64,000 bases of DNA from Guillardia theta CCMP2712 (Eukaryota; Protista; Cryptophyta). Under the pieces are notes generated by a model, which saw only the letters and a program-made list of their open reading frames with translations, searched no databases and was not told the DNA's origin. Both the position numbers and the translations under genes were made by a program. The first letter of the stretch is position 1; every line of letters starts with the position of its first letter. The stretch covers positions 242,482-306,481 of the forward strand of contig NW_005434594.1 of the NCBI RefSeq assembly GCF_000315625.1, in the 5' to 3' direction. This document shows positions 24,740 through 37,936 of the stretch, piece after piece.

Positions 24740-25523
24740 GGCAGAAGTAGACAGGTCCTCAAGACGGTTTACTTGCAGCTAGAACAAACATCAAATAGCG
24801 ATGTTTGAGTCTTGACGGCAGGAACAGCTCTCTAAAGATAGGCCATGGTCACTTGGAGCTCAGAAAGAAGGGAAGGTGAGAACAGGGGCAGGAGGCAAGG
24901 AAGGGTTGCGAGAAAGAGGGCAAAACAAGGAAGGAGAGGACCGGACAGGGATCAAGAGCGAGCGAAGGGTGAGGAGGAGGACGGGAGGAGGACCAGGAGT
25001 AAAGAGGAGGACAAGAGGAGGACCAGGAGTGAGGAGGAGGAGGAAGGAGGGAGTTTCTGGCTCCTTCACCCTCTCATTTCCCCATGCGAGTTTCGCTCTA
25101 TTTGCGGCGGGGAGACAGCACTGTAACGAATTTATAACCGTTCTTATGTTCACATCGCCGGTCCGGAACTTCGGAACGGTCCGGGCCGCGGCCGGGCCGC
25201 CGGGCGGCGGGCCGGGCCCTCAGCACGGAGTTACTCAGCCGCCGAAGCTGAGTCTGGCGGGTGCCGCCGCCCGGCCGCCCGGCCGCGGCCAGCGGCTGCG
25301 AGTCTCCCGGGTCACTAACTTCGGACCTGCAGTACAGTCGGGGCAGTGGCTAGTATCATCAAAGTTGCTCGGCGAGTCACTGAGCCTCACTGTGACTTGA
25401 AGCGGCTGCACCGTGGCAGTGAATCAGCGGGCTCGGACTAAGGTTCCAGAAGGATGCCACGGGACCGTGACTGGCAGCGTTTGATATAAAAGAATATGAT
25501 AGAGCGACTCCCCGAGTCTCTCC

Positions 25524-28500
25524 CTACCCCGCAAGGGCCTCGCCCACCTCTTGTGCTCTCGGCTCCTGCTCCTTCGCACCCGCTACTGGCAGACCTGTTT
25601 CCCTCCCCTCCTCCTCTCCGTCGGTGCCAGCGCCACCGGTATGAGCAACCTGCTCCGCCTTGTCTGACGTCCTAAGATGGAGGAGCTGAGGGCAGAAGTT
25701 GTTGAGGCCTGTCAGACGGGGGGGGGTTAGTACCCGCCCAGCTCGAGTCCAGCAGAGCTCACGGGCCCAGGTGTTGCTCCAGAGCTCTTCGCGGCCACTC
25801 CAGAAGTCGATGTCAGCCTCGAGCACCTCCAGGATGGCGTTGAGGTGCTGGGGGACGCATTCGAGCGCAAGCTGGGAAGGATGCTTGACAAGGTACTCCT
25901 CGGTCACGTCCAGAAACCCCAGCCACACCTGGTGGCCACCAGCTGGGGAGTTAGCAGAGGACTAGCTGGCACTGGGAGAAGCGGGCTGACCTTGTCGAAG
26001 CAGCCCAGCTGCGTCAGAGGCCGGAGGTGCTGCAAGAGGACGGAGCACAGCAGCAGCCATCCTCTGAGCCTGCTCTTCTCCTGCTGGACAGGGTTCGCCT
26101 CAACCGCCTGCGTCACAGCATGAGATCCTTGACGCTCGTCGAGCAGGTTCCCCACGTTGGTGAAGAAGCTCCTGAGCAGACGCCACAACACCTGCGGAAT
26201 GTTCAGCTGCTGATGCTGCTGCTGCTGCTCCTCCTCCTCCTCCTCTTCCTCCTACTGCTCTACAACCTTCTCGAAGCATGCCTCCCATGCGGCCTCAGGA
26301 AGAGAAGAGAGGAAGGAAGACATGACGGCTCTGCTCTACTGCGTCAGGGACACCTGTCCAACAGCAACGAGGAGGAGTGACCGTTCTAGCGAGAGCATGG
26401 CGTACTCCCTGCGGTCTTTGCTTGCCTTGGGATGCTGCGGCAGGTTCGTTAGGAGGACGAACAAGGGAGGGGAGGCCTGCGATACCAGCGACAGGTCACA
26501 TAGCACGCTAGCTACGTGTACCCATAGGTCAAAGCCCTCCTCCTCCTCCTTGTTCCGGTCCTGCAGCAGACGCTCACAGACTTGCCTCCTTGTCTCCTCT
26601 CGCCCTTCCATCCTGCTTCCTTCTACCACCCCTCCCCTTGTTCCTTTTCCCCCTTCTTTCCACCCTTCTCTCCACCCTATCCTGCCCCTTCCAACGACCT
26701 TCCCGCGCTCCCAAGCTGATAGTCGAAGGTGCAGGGCATAGAGGTAGTCGATGGCCTAGCAACAAAAGTATAAATGACTCTCCTCCTCCTCCTCCTCCTC
26801 CTCCTCCTCCTCCTCCTCCTCCTCCTCCTCCTCCTCCTCTCACCTTGCGCGAACTTCGCTCATTCTTGCCAGTCAAAGCGAATTCATAGGCCGTCTGCAC
26901 AATTGAATGAGCACGTGATGGAGGTAAGAGGAGAGTGAAGGGGGAACAACGGGAGGAGGTGAGCGCGGGATGGAGCGGGAGGACAGGAGGAGGAGGAACA
27001 AACGATTGATGAGGACGATGATGAAGATGATGATGAGGGAGAGAAGAGTGAACGAAGGTTGAGGTTGGAGGAAGGGGGAGGGGGAGGGGGAGGCACCTCT
27101 GTGCAAAGGAGAAAATTCTTGCGCCGCATGGTCGATTTGTCGAGGAGGATGAAGGAGAGTAGCTCTAGAGCTTGGTCGGTACATGCTTCAATCCGCTCCA
27201 TCCTCTTCCAAAAACGCGTCACAAGAACAGGGACAGCTGGGGCAGGGAACCTCGAGGTACGCCAGAGCTGCTTCGCACAGGTGCCCCCATCGGATCAGGT
27301 CCATGTTGAGCTGGGAAGCGGTCAGCTGGACTTGAGCACGGAGCGACGGGACCTGGATCAGCTCGGAGAACTGCGAGTTGGTGTGGAGAGCGACAGTCTC
27401 GACTGCCATCAGACCCGTCAGTCTCCCTCGTCCTCCTTGTCTCTAAAACCCCTGATAATCCCTCCCCCCTTCTCTCCTTTCCTCCCCTCCCCTTCCCTTC
27501 CCTCCCCCTTCCCCTTTTTTTCCTACTCGTCCTCGTCCTCGTCCTTCCCACCCCTTCCTTCTGCTTTTGCATTTCCTGACCCTCCTCGTCCTCATCCTCG
27601 TCCTCATCCTCGTCCTCGTCCTCGTCCTCGTCCTCCCGCCTTTCTGACCCACATGAAGCATCGTCTAGCTCGATCAGCTTCCATATGAACTCGTAGATGC
27701 AGTCTTGAATAAGTCCGCCCCCCTGAAGTAGGGCAGTCAGACAACCTGGAAAGGAGGAGAGGAAGGAGGTGGAGGGAGGTGGAGGAGGGAGGAGGGAGGA
27801 GGGAGGAGGGAGAAGGAGGGGGAGGTGATGTTGGTTGTGGTGCTGCTGGAGGTGGTGGAGGAGGAGGCTGAGAGGGGAGGAGGAGGAAGGAGGAGGAGGT
27901 CGTGGTAGTGGAGGTGTAGGAGATGGGTGAGGCAGGCGGTTATAAACGTGAGCGATAGCAATGGAGAGGAGGAGGAAGCACGGAAACGAGCAGGCTAGCA
28001 GGAGACGACCTTGTGCATTGACCGACTCCCAATCTGGAACAGACCAGAGACGGCCCGCAGGTACACGTCATCAGGGACTCCGTTCCTTCTCTCTGGGAGG
28101 GCAGGCGGGAAGACAAGGATGTCAGAGTGGAGCTGAGAAACGCAATGGGCAGCAGCTCACCGCCCAACACGATGCCGCAGACGAGCTCGAAGAGGATCTT
28201 CCAGATGCTCTCGATCCTGTCGCGGTTCTGCAGGGCAAGGGAGAGCGCGAGCTCGAGAGAGAGCAGCTGCCGTTCTTGTGCGCAGCTCGTTGAGACTGCA
28301 TGCAGGTTGGCAGGAGAGTTCAGCCGCTTCTCGTCCTCAGCGTCCGTCTGCACAGGTCGATCAGGAGGGAAGAGGGAGGAGGAAGGAGGGAGGAGGTGGG
28401 CCATGGAAGCAGGAGAAAGAGGAGAGGGAGGAAGATGGGAATTAGGAGGAAGCAGGAAGCAGGAAGCAGGAAAGAGCAAGGAAGAAGCAAGGTATTAGAG

Positions 28501-31500
28501 GAAAGGAGGAGGAGTTGAGATCACGAAGGACGAGAGGATACAATCTCTGCGCGTGTTAGCGCGATCGGAGCGAGGGCGCAGAGGACGGCCTTGAGAGCAT
28601 CGAGAGACATGAAGCGAAGCTCCGCCACAAGATGCTGGATGTCACAACGAGCCGTCGCCTCCCGCGCTGCAGTGAGAGTGAGAGGTGGAAGAAAGGACAA
28701 GTCAAGGGAAGGTGAGGGAGGGAGGGAGGGAGGAAGAGGAGGGGAGTGTGAGAGCGAGATAAGGAAAAGAATGGAGGGAGAGGAGGGGAGGGAAGGGAAA
28801 AGAGAAGAAAAGGAGGGAGGGGAGGGCTAGGAAGCTTGAACACGCTGTCCAGGCGACGAGGAGGAGGACGAACAATTAGGGATTTCTGTCCCCAAGGAAG
28901 AAGGAGGGGATAAGGCAGGAAGGGAGGAGGAGCCTGACGAGGAGGTCGATACCCTTGCGGAAAGCCTCTTGCTCCATGCTCCTTGTCCTCTCCTTCTCTG
29001 ACCCCAGCCACTGTGAGATTCTCCCCCATCCCGCAGGAAGCCAGTTCGCCATGCCGCCCTCCCCATCGTCCTGCCCCTCCCTCAGCCTCGCTGGGCCCGC
29101 AGCCTCCTCCTCCTCGCTGGTGGCTGCGGGCTTGTAGAAGGAGATCTTGAGTACCCCAGTGCAGAGGAGCGTCATGATACAGTCCAGCACGTGGTGCCAG
29201 GCTCTTCTCAGCTGATCCCCACACGCTGTCGCGATGCCCACCAGGTGCTCTAGAGCTTTCTGTGCCTTCCACGACCTGCGCGCAGCCATGTGAGGCTGAT
29301 GTCACTTGTATGCCTCTCGTACAGGTCTCCTCCTGCATCTGCCCCTGCCCTTCCCCTGCCCCTGCCCCTGTTCTTCCACCTGCTCTTGCTCCTGCCCCTG
29401 CCCCTGCTCCTGCCCCTGCTCCTGCCCCTGCCCCTGCCCCTGCCCCTGCCCCTGCCCCTGCCCCTGCTCCTCCCACTGCCCCTGCCCCTGCTTCAACACT
29501 CCGTCCGTCTGAATTTTCGAGATTCCATGGCCCTCCTCCAATGCTAACCTTTTACTTCTCACTGCCCTCCTCTCCCACCCCCATCCTCCTCTTCGCCATC
29601 GCTCACCTCCCAAACTGAACCGTCGCGGAGACCAAGGAGAAGGAGGAGGTCGAGGTCAGCAGTGTCTGCCTGCTCAAGTTGACAAGCAGGTTGTCAAGTC
29701 CCTCCTGCATTCCGAACGACGAGAGCATCTCTGCGCAGCACCGCGTGCCCTGCCCCTCTTCTCAGCTTGCTGCAACGAGGAGGAAGAGGAGGAGGAGGTT
29801 GTGGTAGAGGAGGAGCGGAAGACTCACCTTCAGCGCCATCTCCACTTCAGCCACTGACCCTGACGCATCCAGCACCACGGAGACGGCAGCAACAGCTGGA
29901 CCGCAACTGGACATGAGCATTTCCTCGTCGTGGAGCCCGTAGTTCCCCACGTGAGAGAAAGACATGCGGTCAGCACGAATGCTCGCCCTCCTCAGGGAGC
30001 TCTCGGTGGCCGACAGGAAGACGGCATGCAGGAGCGAGTTGTGGAGGGTGTGGGTGTGAGACTTGAGTTCGATCCTGATCTCATCAGTCGCGATAGAGTG
30101 GAAGACCTGCTCCAGCATGCTGCGAGGCAGGTCTTCCTTCACCCCCCGCGCTTTGTCCTCGTTGATCCCCCGGTTGTTCTTGACGAACTCCTCGAGCGTC
30201 ATTCTCTTCTTGACCTGCGGGCTGTGCAAGTCCGTGTTGAGCATGATGATCGAGAAGGTGAGGATGTGGACGGCGTCCCATGAGAAGAACACGCTCCTGT
30301 CCCTGCTCCCCTCCTGCTCCTCCTCCTGCTGCTGCTCGTAGTAAGTCCGTGCGAAGGCCTCGGTGATGCGGTCAATCTTTTGGCTCTCGCCGGGGAGAAG
30401 GAAAGTCTCTAAGAAGAGCCTGAGGGCGTCCACGACAGGAAGAGCATGGAAGCGAAACAGGCCAGCGTACTCCCTCAGCACCCGCTCGTGAAAGTCCTGC
30501 CGCTCCCCGATGAAGTCTCCGATGACTCGTTTGTTGAGCCCCACAGCTTGTCCGACCTGTCGGGAAGGATCAGCAAGTCGAGGAGGAGGATCGGGCAGAC
30601 CTTGAAGAATTGAGCGACGTCCCTCGCAGCTGTCTCTTCCTGTGTACGCAGGAGATGGTTAGCGTGACGCGGGGTGGGAGATAGAGTGAAGAATGCTGGA
30701 AGGAGGAGGAATATGGAGGCGAGAGAGGAAGAAGAGCAGGCAGGGAGTGAAGGAGAGCAGAGGCCTGGAGGAGTGCACGAGAGGGAGTCGGGTCGAGCAG
30801 CGTACATGAAGCAGCTCGTAGCTCCGCAGCACCTCAATCCCTTTTGCGCAATCTCGATTGAAACTCTCTGCTCCACAAAAGCATTCAGAGGAGTTGAATG
30901 GGAGTCCGAGGAGAGCGGAGGAATGAGAGGAGCCAACCTGCAGCGATCGAGTATCTTCGTTTGATGAGCTTCTGTTTGGTGAACTTGTTGGCCTGGCCTA
31001 GGATCTCCGACCTGTCGACGCCATTCTCAAACTTGAGCCTGTTCCGCTGCTTGCTCCTTCGCTTCATGTCTTCCAACATGGCGACCAGGCAGCGGAAGGC
31101 GATGGTGTGGGAATGGTGTAACACCCCGCTGACAGGGAACGCCTGCTTGCATAACAGCTTCACCAGCCTCTCGTAGAGGTTCTGACTAGACAGGGAACAA
31201 TCGTAGTTGACGTAAAGATCTGACATGAAGTTCCTTGAGGGCAGGGGGTGAGGAGCCACCGAACAAAGACGCATGTCCTCACCTCATCAGACAGAGATCG
31301 GCGATGGCCTCCAGCAAGATGACGACGTTCTGCTCCGACAGCAGCTTCTCTTCAAGCAGGCCGATATGGACGCGGCAGAAGATGATCTCTAGTTCATAGA
31401 ATAGCCCGTCACGAAGATACATGAACAGCGCTTGCACGACGTTGAGGGCTGCAGGAAGCGGTCAAGCTCGTTCGATGCAGTCTCTCAGTTACCCAGGAGA

Positions 31501-32705
31501 AAATTTTTGGAGCCGACCGAATGATCCAAGAGGGTATGGACAAGTGAAGGTATCAGGTGGGACGAAAACCCTGGGGATATCATGCCGATCACCATCAACA
31601 ACAACAGGGATGCAGCTACTTTCCTGCTAGAATCTTGTCATAGTTCGCCAAGACATTTCCCGAAGCATGCAGACCTGCAGAGCAAACACGCAATGTCATC
31701 GTCATCGCAATCACACGCATGCTCTCTGCTCTCACCATCGTGGATCACGCACATGGCCGCAGGCCGCAGCTTGGCATCAGTCCGGCTCTTGGGGTCGATG
31801 AGCTCCGCAAGGATCTCGAAGATCTTGATCGAGACTTCACTCTCTCACACCCTCCATACACAGCAACACACCTTGCACAGAAGCTCTTCGTTGTTCACAG
31901 GGTCCACGTGATAGTGCGTGAACGTCGTGATGCTGATCAGATTCACAGTGTGGGAGCTTGGTCGTCCATACCAGGTCACTACCGACGGCATGCTCGTCAG
32001 AGCTCTCTGCGCAGCCTCGTGCTCGTCTCCCCCGCTGCAGGAGATGTCGTCGGTCCTGCTAGCCCGGCACTCGCTCCGCCATGTACTGGACGAGAGGTGC
32101 CTCGGCAACCTCAGTACCAGGACCTTCATGATGCGCGTAAACGCGCTCTCAGCTTGATTGCGCAGCATCTCCGAGAACCTGCTCTCCCCCGTCACTCGCA
32201 GGAGCGTCTCCGTGATCTCCAGGATCAGAGAGCCTTTCAGTTGCACTGCCTCCCTCATCTCCATTGCGCATGTCAGCACTCTGAACATCTTGCTAATTAC
32301 GATCTCGTCCTCCACAGAGTCGCTCTGCTCGAACTTGCATGCTAGCGCCGCCTCTATCACCACCTGGATGTCTTTCACCTTGGAGACTATGCGATTCTCC
32401 ACAAAGCACTCGCAGGCCTCAAGGGCTGCCCGCGTCATAGGGCCAGTGGTCTCAGGAGACGATATGGTTTCCAGGAAGGGGAAGACGATGGAAGGGATTT
32501 CCTTGACGAGGGGCATCTCCCCTCGCGATCTCAGAGCATCGAAGTCCTCCAACAGCTTGTGCTCGCTGCCTTGGCTCTTGGAGGCGAACCGAGAGTTCAT
32601 CCTCATCACTGTCTCCACTTCCAGAGCATGCTTCCGGATTAGCATCCAGGACGCAGGAGTCATCTCAGCCTCGTCGACCCTTGGAGGAGAAGAGTTCTCT
32701 AGCAT
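25524..32705 (-). CDS. GBF1: GBF1/GNOM-class large ARF guanine-nucleotide exchange factor (Sec7); many exons, start approximate
   Basis: DCB (PFLETISSPETTGPMTRAAL, CKFEQSDSVEDEIV, SEMLRNQAE), HUS box LYVNYDC, Sec7 FLLPGESQKIDRITEAF and FSIIMLNTDLHSPQVKKRMT, HDS regions. Confidence 0.92.
29340..29490. repeat. (CCCCTG/CTCCTG)n intronic microsatellite
   Basis: Hexamer tandem array in a GBF1 intron. Confidence 0.95.
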
Positions 32706-33489
32706 CTGCTGTGATGGATGCTCGTGTGTATCAGGTCACTTGCTCCTGGTCTTGTTTGCACTTGTTCGGAGCAGAGCGATCGAATGCCCTCCTCTCTCTC
32801 TTCGTCTACTCCACTTCGATCCCACCCCTCATCGTTTTCAGAGAGAAAAGTGCGGTAAAGACTCTCCTCCTCATCGAGCCCTCGTGACTTGCTCTATGTA
32901 CTCGCTCCGTCTATGACCTCCTCTTCCTCCCTTACCCGCTCCTCACCTGCTCCCTGCTCCCTCCCTCGTACCCATTGATTCCCAACATCCAACATAGCGT
33001 CAAAAAGACCACCCTAGTCATTGATGTCCTACCCCACTTGATGACTGAATGAGCATAAGGAAATGACCGGTGATATACCACCCCCTACCTAAATCAAAGA
33101 CAAGGGGATCCCGCTTTAGCGAGGCAGACTCCTGCTGGAATGCCTTAGGGAGGCGAGTGGGGGCGAGAGAAGGAGAGGGAGGAAGGGAGGGAGAGGGAGA
33201 GGGAGATGGACAGAGAGAGAAGAAGAGGGAGGACGGGAGGAAGGGAGGAAGGGTGTGAGTGAGGAGGAGGCGTGAGGGAGGGACGAGAGTCGGAGATAGC
33301 GATGCAGATTGAAAGACTAACACACCGTGACAGCAACAGGAAGAAGAAGGGAGGGGAGGGAGGGGAGGGAGGGAGACCAAGGAATGTGTCGATGAGGGAG
33401 GGAGGGAGGGAGGGAGGGAGGGAGGGAGGGAGGGAGGGAAGGAATGGAAAATCGCAGGGCAGATAGAATGAGTACCTCAAAGCAGAGGA

Positions 33490-35390
33490 GAGGGTCTGTC
33501 TATCAGAATGTAGCACCCATGCTGGAGGAGGATGCAAGTGCGGCAAGCATAGACTTGAAGATCACTCCATAACGGAAGGGGAAACGGACTAGAGAAGACA
33601 AGATCAAGCTGAAGTACTATCTGGCTGGGGGCTCATGTCGGTGAATGTTCGGTAGGACAGCAGCAGAGGTGAGGAAAGCCTGGATCTAGCTATCGATTGC
33701 TGTGCAGGCCTAGACATGCTCTTGCAAGGCCACATGGGCTTCTCATCACTGCTGGCTGTAAACTGCTTGAAGGCGAGCTTAGAGTATAAGGGGCTATTGA
33801 GCTGGAAGCCTGTGAGCAAATACGTCTCGACGACGCTTGCGGAATGGGTAGAGGCAGACTGGTTGAGGAGGCTGCTCGCAGGGTAGAGGCAGACTGGTTG
33901 AGGAGGCTGCTCTCAGGGTAGAGGCAGACTGGTAGGAGGTGAGGCTCTCAGTGCATGGGGCTCGCCATCCGTTTGTACAGGACACGCTCCAGGACTTTCA
34001 GATTAGCGGAGTCAAGGGCAGTGGGGCGCTGGAGGAGTACGGAATGGGGGGGAGGGAAGGAGCAGGAGCAGAGGTAGCGAGTATGGACACTCACCTGCGT
34101 GATCAAGGGAGCCTCAGGCGATGATGATGAGGGAGGGAGATACAGGAGGAGATGGACGATGCACGGGGTTGGCATGGAGAGTAGCGCGGAGATATTGAAG
34201 GGCAGCCTCTTGATGTTTGAATCTGTCGAAGTGAGTACTAGTCTCGCAAGCCGTCGGGGTAGGCTGCTCTTTGCCTGTAAACTTGTAAGGATGGTTGAGT
34301 AAAGACGAGCAAACGCAGAGCTTGCTCCTCGAGGCAGGTCACTTTGTTCCGAGGGAGCCTCACGAGCTCCTACATGCCATAGCTCTTGGCTGGAGCTCCC
34401 AGCAGCTGGCTTCTGCGAGCTCGGAGTTGTCTTCACGGTTTCTTGGAGGTTTCAGCACGGGCGACATCCTGATTTCTGTACCCTCGCGGGCTCGAGTATG
34501 CTCTCACATCTGAGAGTACAAGGAAAGAACCGAGGGCAGCTCAGCTCGCTAGCGAGGATGAAGTACCAATACACATGTCTCGGAACGATGTTTTGATGTT
34601 GGGACGAAGATTCTAGTCTCATGGCAGTGGATGGGTAAAAGAATGTTGTCAATCACTATGTCATGTCCGTCTGAGCGCCGACACGCGATCGTATTCTCAT
34701 GGCATCTGATGCTTCCCGGCACACAGATCCACCAGCACCAGAGGGCGCGAGCAACTGCGCACAAGCTCTAGAAGGTTTCGATTGACGAGCAGGACGTTGG
34801 ATGTTGTCATCGTACACTGCAACCATGTGTCTTCATCCGTCCCTTGAGGTCAGGTGCGGGACTAGAAAGAGAAGAGTGAAATCAAGTAGCGTACAAGGTC
34901 AATGTGATAACTACGTGCGACTAATGAATGTTTGCTGCATCCCGTCGCCATCACAGCCCACAGGATCTGAAGTTTGGCAACAAGCGGCGCACACACATTA
35001 CTCAAGGGCTTTGATGACTCTTTTTCTTCATGGTCTTTTTGATGAAATCAGTTGTCTAGCCCACGTCTGCTGCTCTCTTTGTTGGTTCTAGACCCTTACC
35101 ACGTTGGAGGACTGAGGGATCTCACTACTTTGAAGTGAACCGTCTCATGCTCCTCTGTCCAGGCTGCCGTGCAAGCTGATGAACTCGATACTTACACCCT
35201 TCATGTCCCTCATGCGTCTTCGATGATGGCGTTCATCGCTGACAAGATCATGGCACTCGCAGCTCACAGACGCCATGTGGTCCTTGACGATTCGTTACAG
35301 GTTCTGATCATACGGACATTCGTCTCTCCGTTGCTTGAAACATACATGTTGTTGCCCAGCTTCAAGTCCACCCCTCTCCGTCGCGCCATT
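33490..35390 (-). CDS. Possible multi-exon hypothetical protein
   Basis: Complex-sequence blocks with minus-strand splice signals. No recognisable domain; frame not resolved. Confidence 0.25.
33846..33933. repeat. 35-bp tandem repeat, about 2.5 copies
   Basis: GGGTAGAGGCAGACTGGTTGAGGAGGCTGCTC(G/T)CA starting at 33846, 33881 and 33916. Confidence 0.9.
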
Positions 35391-35527
35391 CGTGGATAGT
35401 CGAGTAATAACCCCTCCGACGAGCCTACGGCGTCTAACGTTTATTTCCCTTACCAGCTTTTGTCTACCGGGTCCCCCAGCCGCTCTAACGGCAGATTGTC
35501 AGGTCGGCAAGGCTGGCTGAGGTCAAG

Positions 35528-37936
35528 ATGCGCAGCCCGCAGAGAGAAGCGAGAGGGAGAGGAGCGAGGGCTGTGCGCAGCGCTGCTGGCTTGATATGCT
35601 TGAGCTGCTTCCTCATCTCCAGCGCCATGGTGAGGAGCGACCTGAGCGTTGGAGGGAAGCTTTCTCTGACCTGCGCTTGTGACAGGGAGCGTCGTTTCCA
35701 TATCCTGGGCGTTGTGTGGTCTACAATCCGAGGATGGCTGTGGGGAGCTGCTGCTTGCGCGTACGAGGAGGGGATGCCAGGGAGGAAGAAGAGGCCATAG
35801 AGCGGAGCAGCAAGAAGCTCAGGGCCTCACAAGACGCCGACGGACAAGGTGAGGTGTATCCGCTTTGCTGGCACTCTCGATCCCCATTGTGCTGCCGTTG
35901 CCAACTGCGAGATTGAATCTCTTGTTGGGAGCCTGACCTGCGCGCTGCCCCCCAGGGCCTGACAAGGAGAGGCCAGATGTGAAGCAAGGTCCGAACCCCC
36001 CGTCCAAGACAGCTTCGGTGGAGATCCTCAGCTCCGGGGCCTCTGCTGAGGCTGAGCACCCTGGGACTCAGAGGTCTGCATGGATGATGGTGCAAGGAAC
36101 CATCAAAGGTATACAACAAGAGATCAAAGATACACGCCTCGAGGTCGAGGGTGTGCAAGCAAAGATTGAGAGTGTACAGCAAGAGATCAGAGGCGTACAA
36201 GTACAGATCGAAGGTGTACACGGAGAGATCGAGGATGCATTGAGGCAGATACAAGATCAACAAAACTCTACGAAGAAGGATGGGCTTTGGACGCTTCTAA
36301 ATGAGCTTAAAGATCACAAGAAGCAGCTTGTAGGGGACGAGAAGCGGCTTGAAGAGGACAAAAGGCGGCTTGTAGATGACGAGAAGCAGCTTATACTGAA
36401 GCGAGAGAAGCTTTGTAACATTCTTATCCTGCAAAGTTCACCTACACTGGCACAGATTCCCGAAACTTCCAGACCTGAAGGTGAAGGAGGCTTGAAATAT
36501 CATGAGCATGGGTACTAAAAGGACTGATAGGTGGAATGCTAAGTTTCTTGCAAGAGCTCTGGAGTAGAGCATGCTCAGGCAAGACTTTGTTGCCTAAACA
36601 GTACATCAGCTTCTCTACATGCTTGGGAGGCCACGAGCAACTTGGACGCAAGCTCTTCATACGCGAGAGCTACTTGGAGATGATGGAGCGGATTGCCATG
36701 GAATTCAGGTTGGACCCCGAGACCCTCAAGGACGAGGAGTCCATACAGAGAGGTCATCAAGTGATCCTCACAGGTACTCCAGGGATCGGGAAGTCCTGCT
36801 TCGCATACTTCTTACTTGTGCAGCTTCTGCGGCCTGGTGAGCAACTAGTGTATCAGATAGGGAGTGAATATTGGTACTTTGATGGAGAAGCATGGAGCTT
36901 GATCGAAGATCAATCTGCGGCGCGTCGCTTTATTCGAACGTTCAGACACTGGTATATCTGTGACCTGGAAAACCAAGACGCGGGGAACTTTGTCAGATCA
37001 CAATTCGCAAAGACCATCCTGATTTCTGCTCCCAAGACAGAGATGTTTGAAGATATTTTGAATCGAGGAGCGCAGCGATATTTGTTGCCGTTGTGGTCAG
37101 ACGAGGAGATGTCACTCTTCATCAGTATGCACGGGGATCGTGTTGACCTGGAGGAAGCAGAGCAGATCATAGAGGAGTGGGGCAATGTGCCTCGATACAT
37201 CTTGGTGAAACCTATACCAACACTAGAGGAGTCTGTTGTGGGAGTAGGTTCAATGTCACCACCCAAGTGGAAGACGGAAGCGGAATCGACCTCCAAGCTG
37301 ATTGATCATCCCCCCGACCTTGAGTACAAAACGGTAATCATCAAATGGCTTGTGAAAATGATTTTGATGTTGTTGAGTTTGCGTTTTTTGAATCCTGATT
37401 TTGGCAATCAGTCACTTGCAGATTCGGCTTTTGAATTCGTTGCGCGCGAGGTGCTGAAGCGAGGAGGAAAACACATAATTCATAGGCTTGGTGATCGAAG
37501 TGCGTGGGAAGAGCTGAACTTAGAGCGATCGCATTACGTTGAGTTTCCATCAAGATGCAGAGACTTGAAAGAGCTCGAGATCACACCGAATGGATATTAC
37601 GAGCCCAAGGCACCAAACTTGCCTTGCAATGCGTTATGCTTGTCAGAGAGCGGTGTGCTGTACATGTTTCAGATGACACGGGCGCCGAATCACTTGATCA
37701 AGCTCCATCCATTACTTGACACGTTGAAAGCTCTGCGAGATAAGAACAAGTTTGAGAGGGTATCTATTGTGTTTGTTGTGCCTGCAGGGCATGATGAATG
37801 GTGGACCTGGAATCAAGACCAAGACTACACCTCTGATGGAGTTGAGACAAGCAAGGAGCAGGAGAGCGAAATGAGGAGAATCACTCAGTTTATCCTGACC
37901 CTGTCTAAGGAGGCTGCCAAGCGGATACGACAGTGA
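35528..37936 (+). CDS. Crinkler/RHS-like protein: signal peptide, LRVRGG, coiled coil, P-loop NTPase, REase-fold domain (exons 35528-35629, 35686-35848, 35956-36480, 36531-37936)
   Basis: All three GT-AG introns were checked and keep the frame. LFIRESY, Walker A GTPGIGKS, Walker B WYICD, LPLWSDEE, WGNVPRYI, AFEFVA, YYEPKAPNLPCNA...FQMT...HLIK are CR-NTPase/CR-REase hallmarks. Confidence 0.85.
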
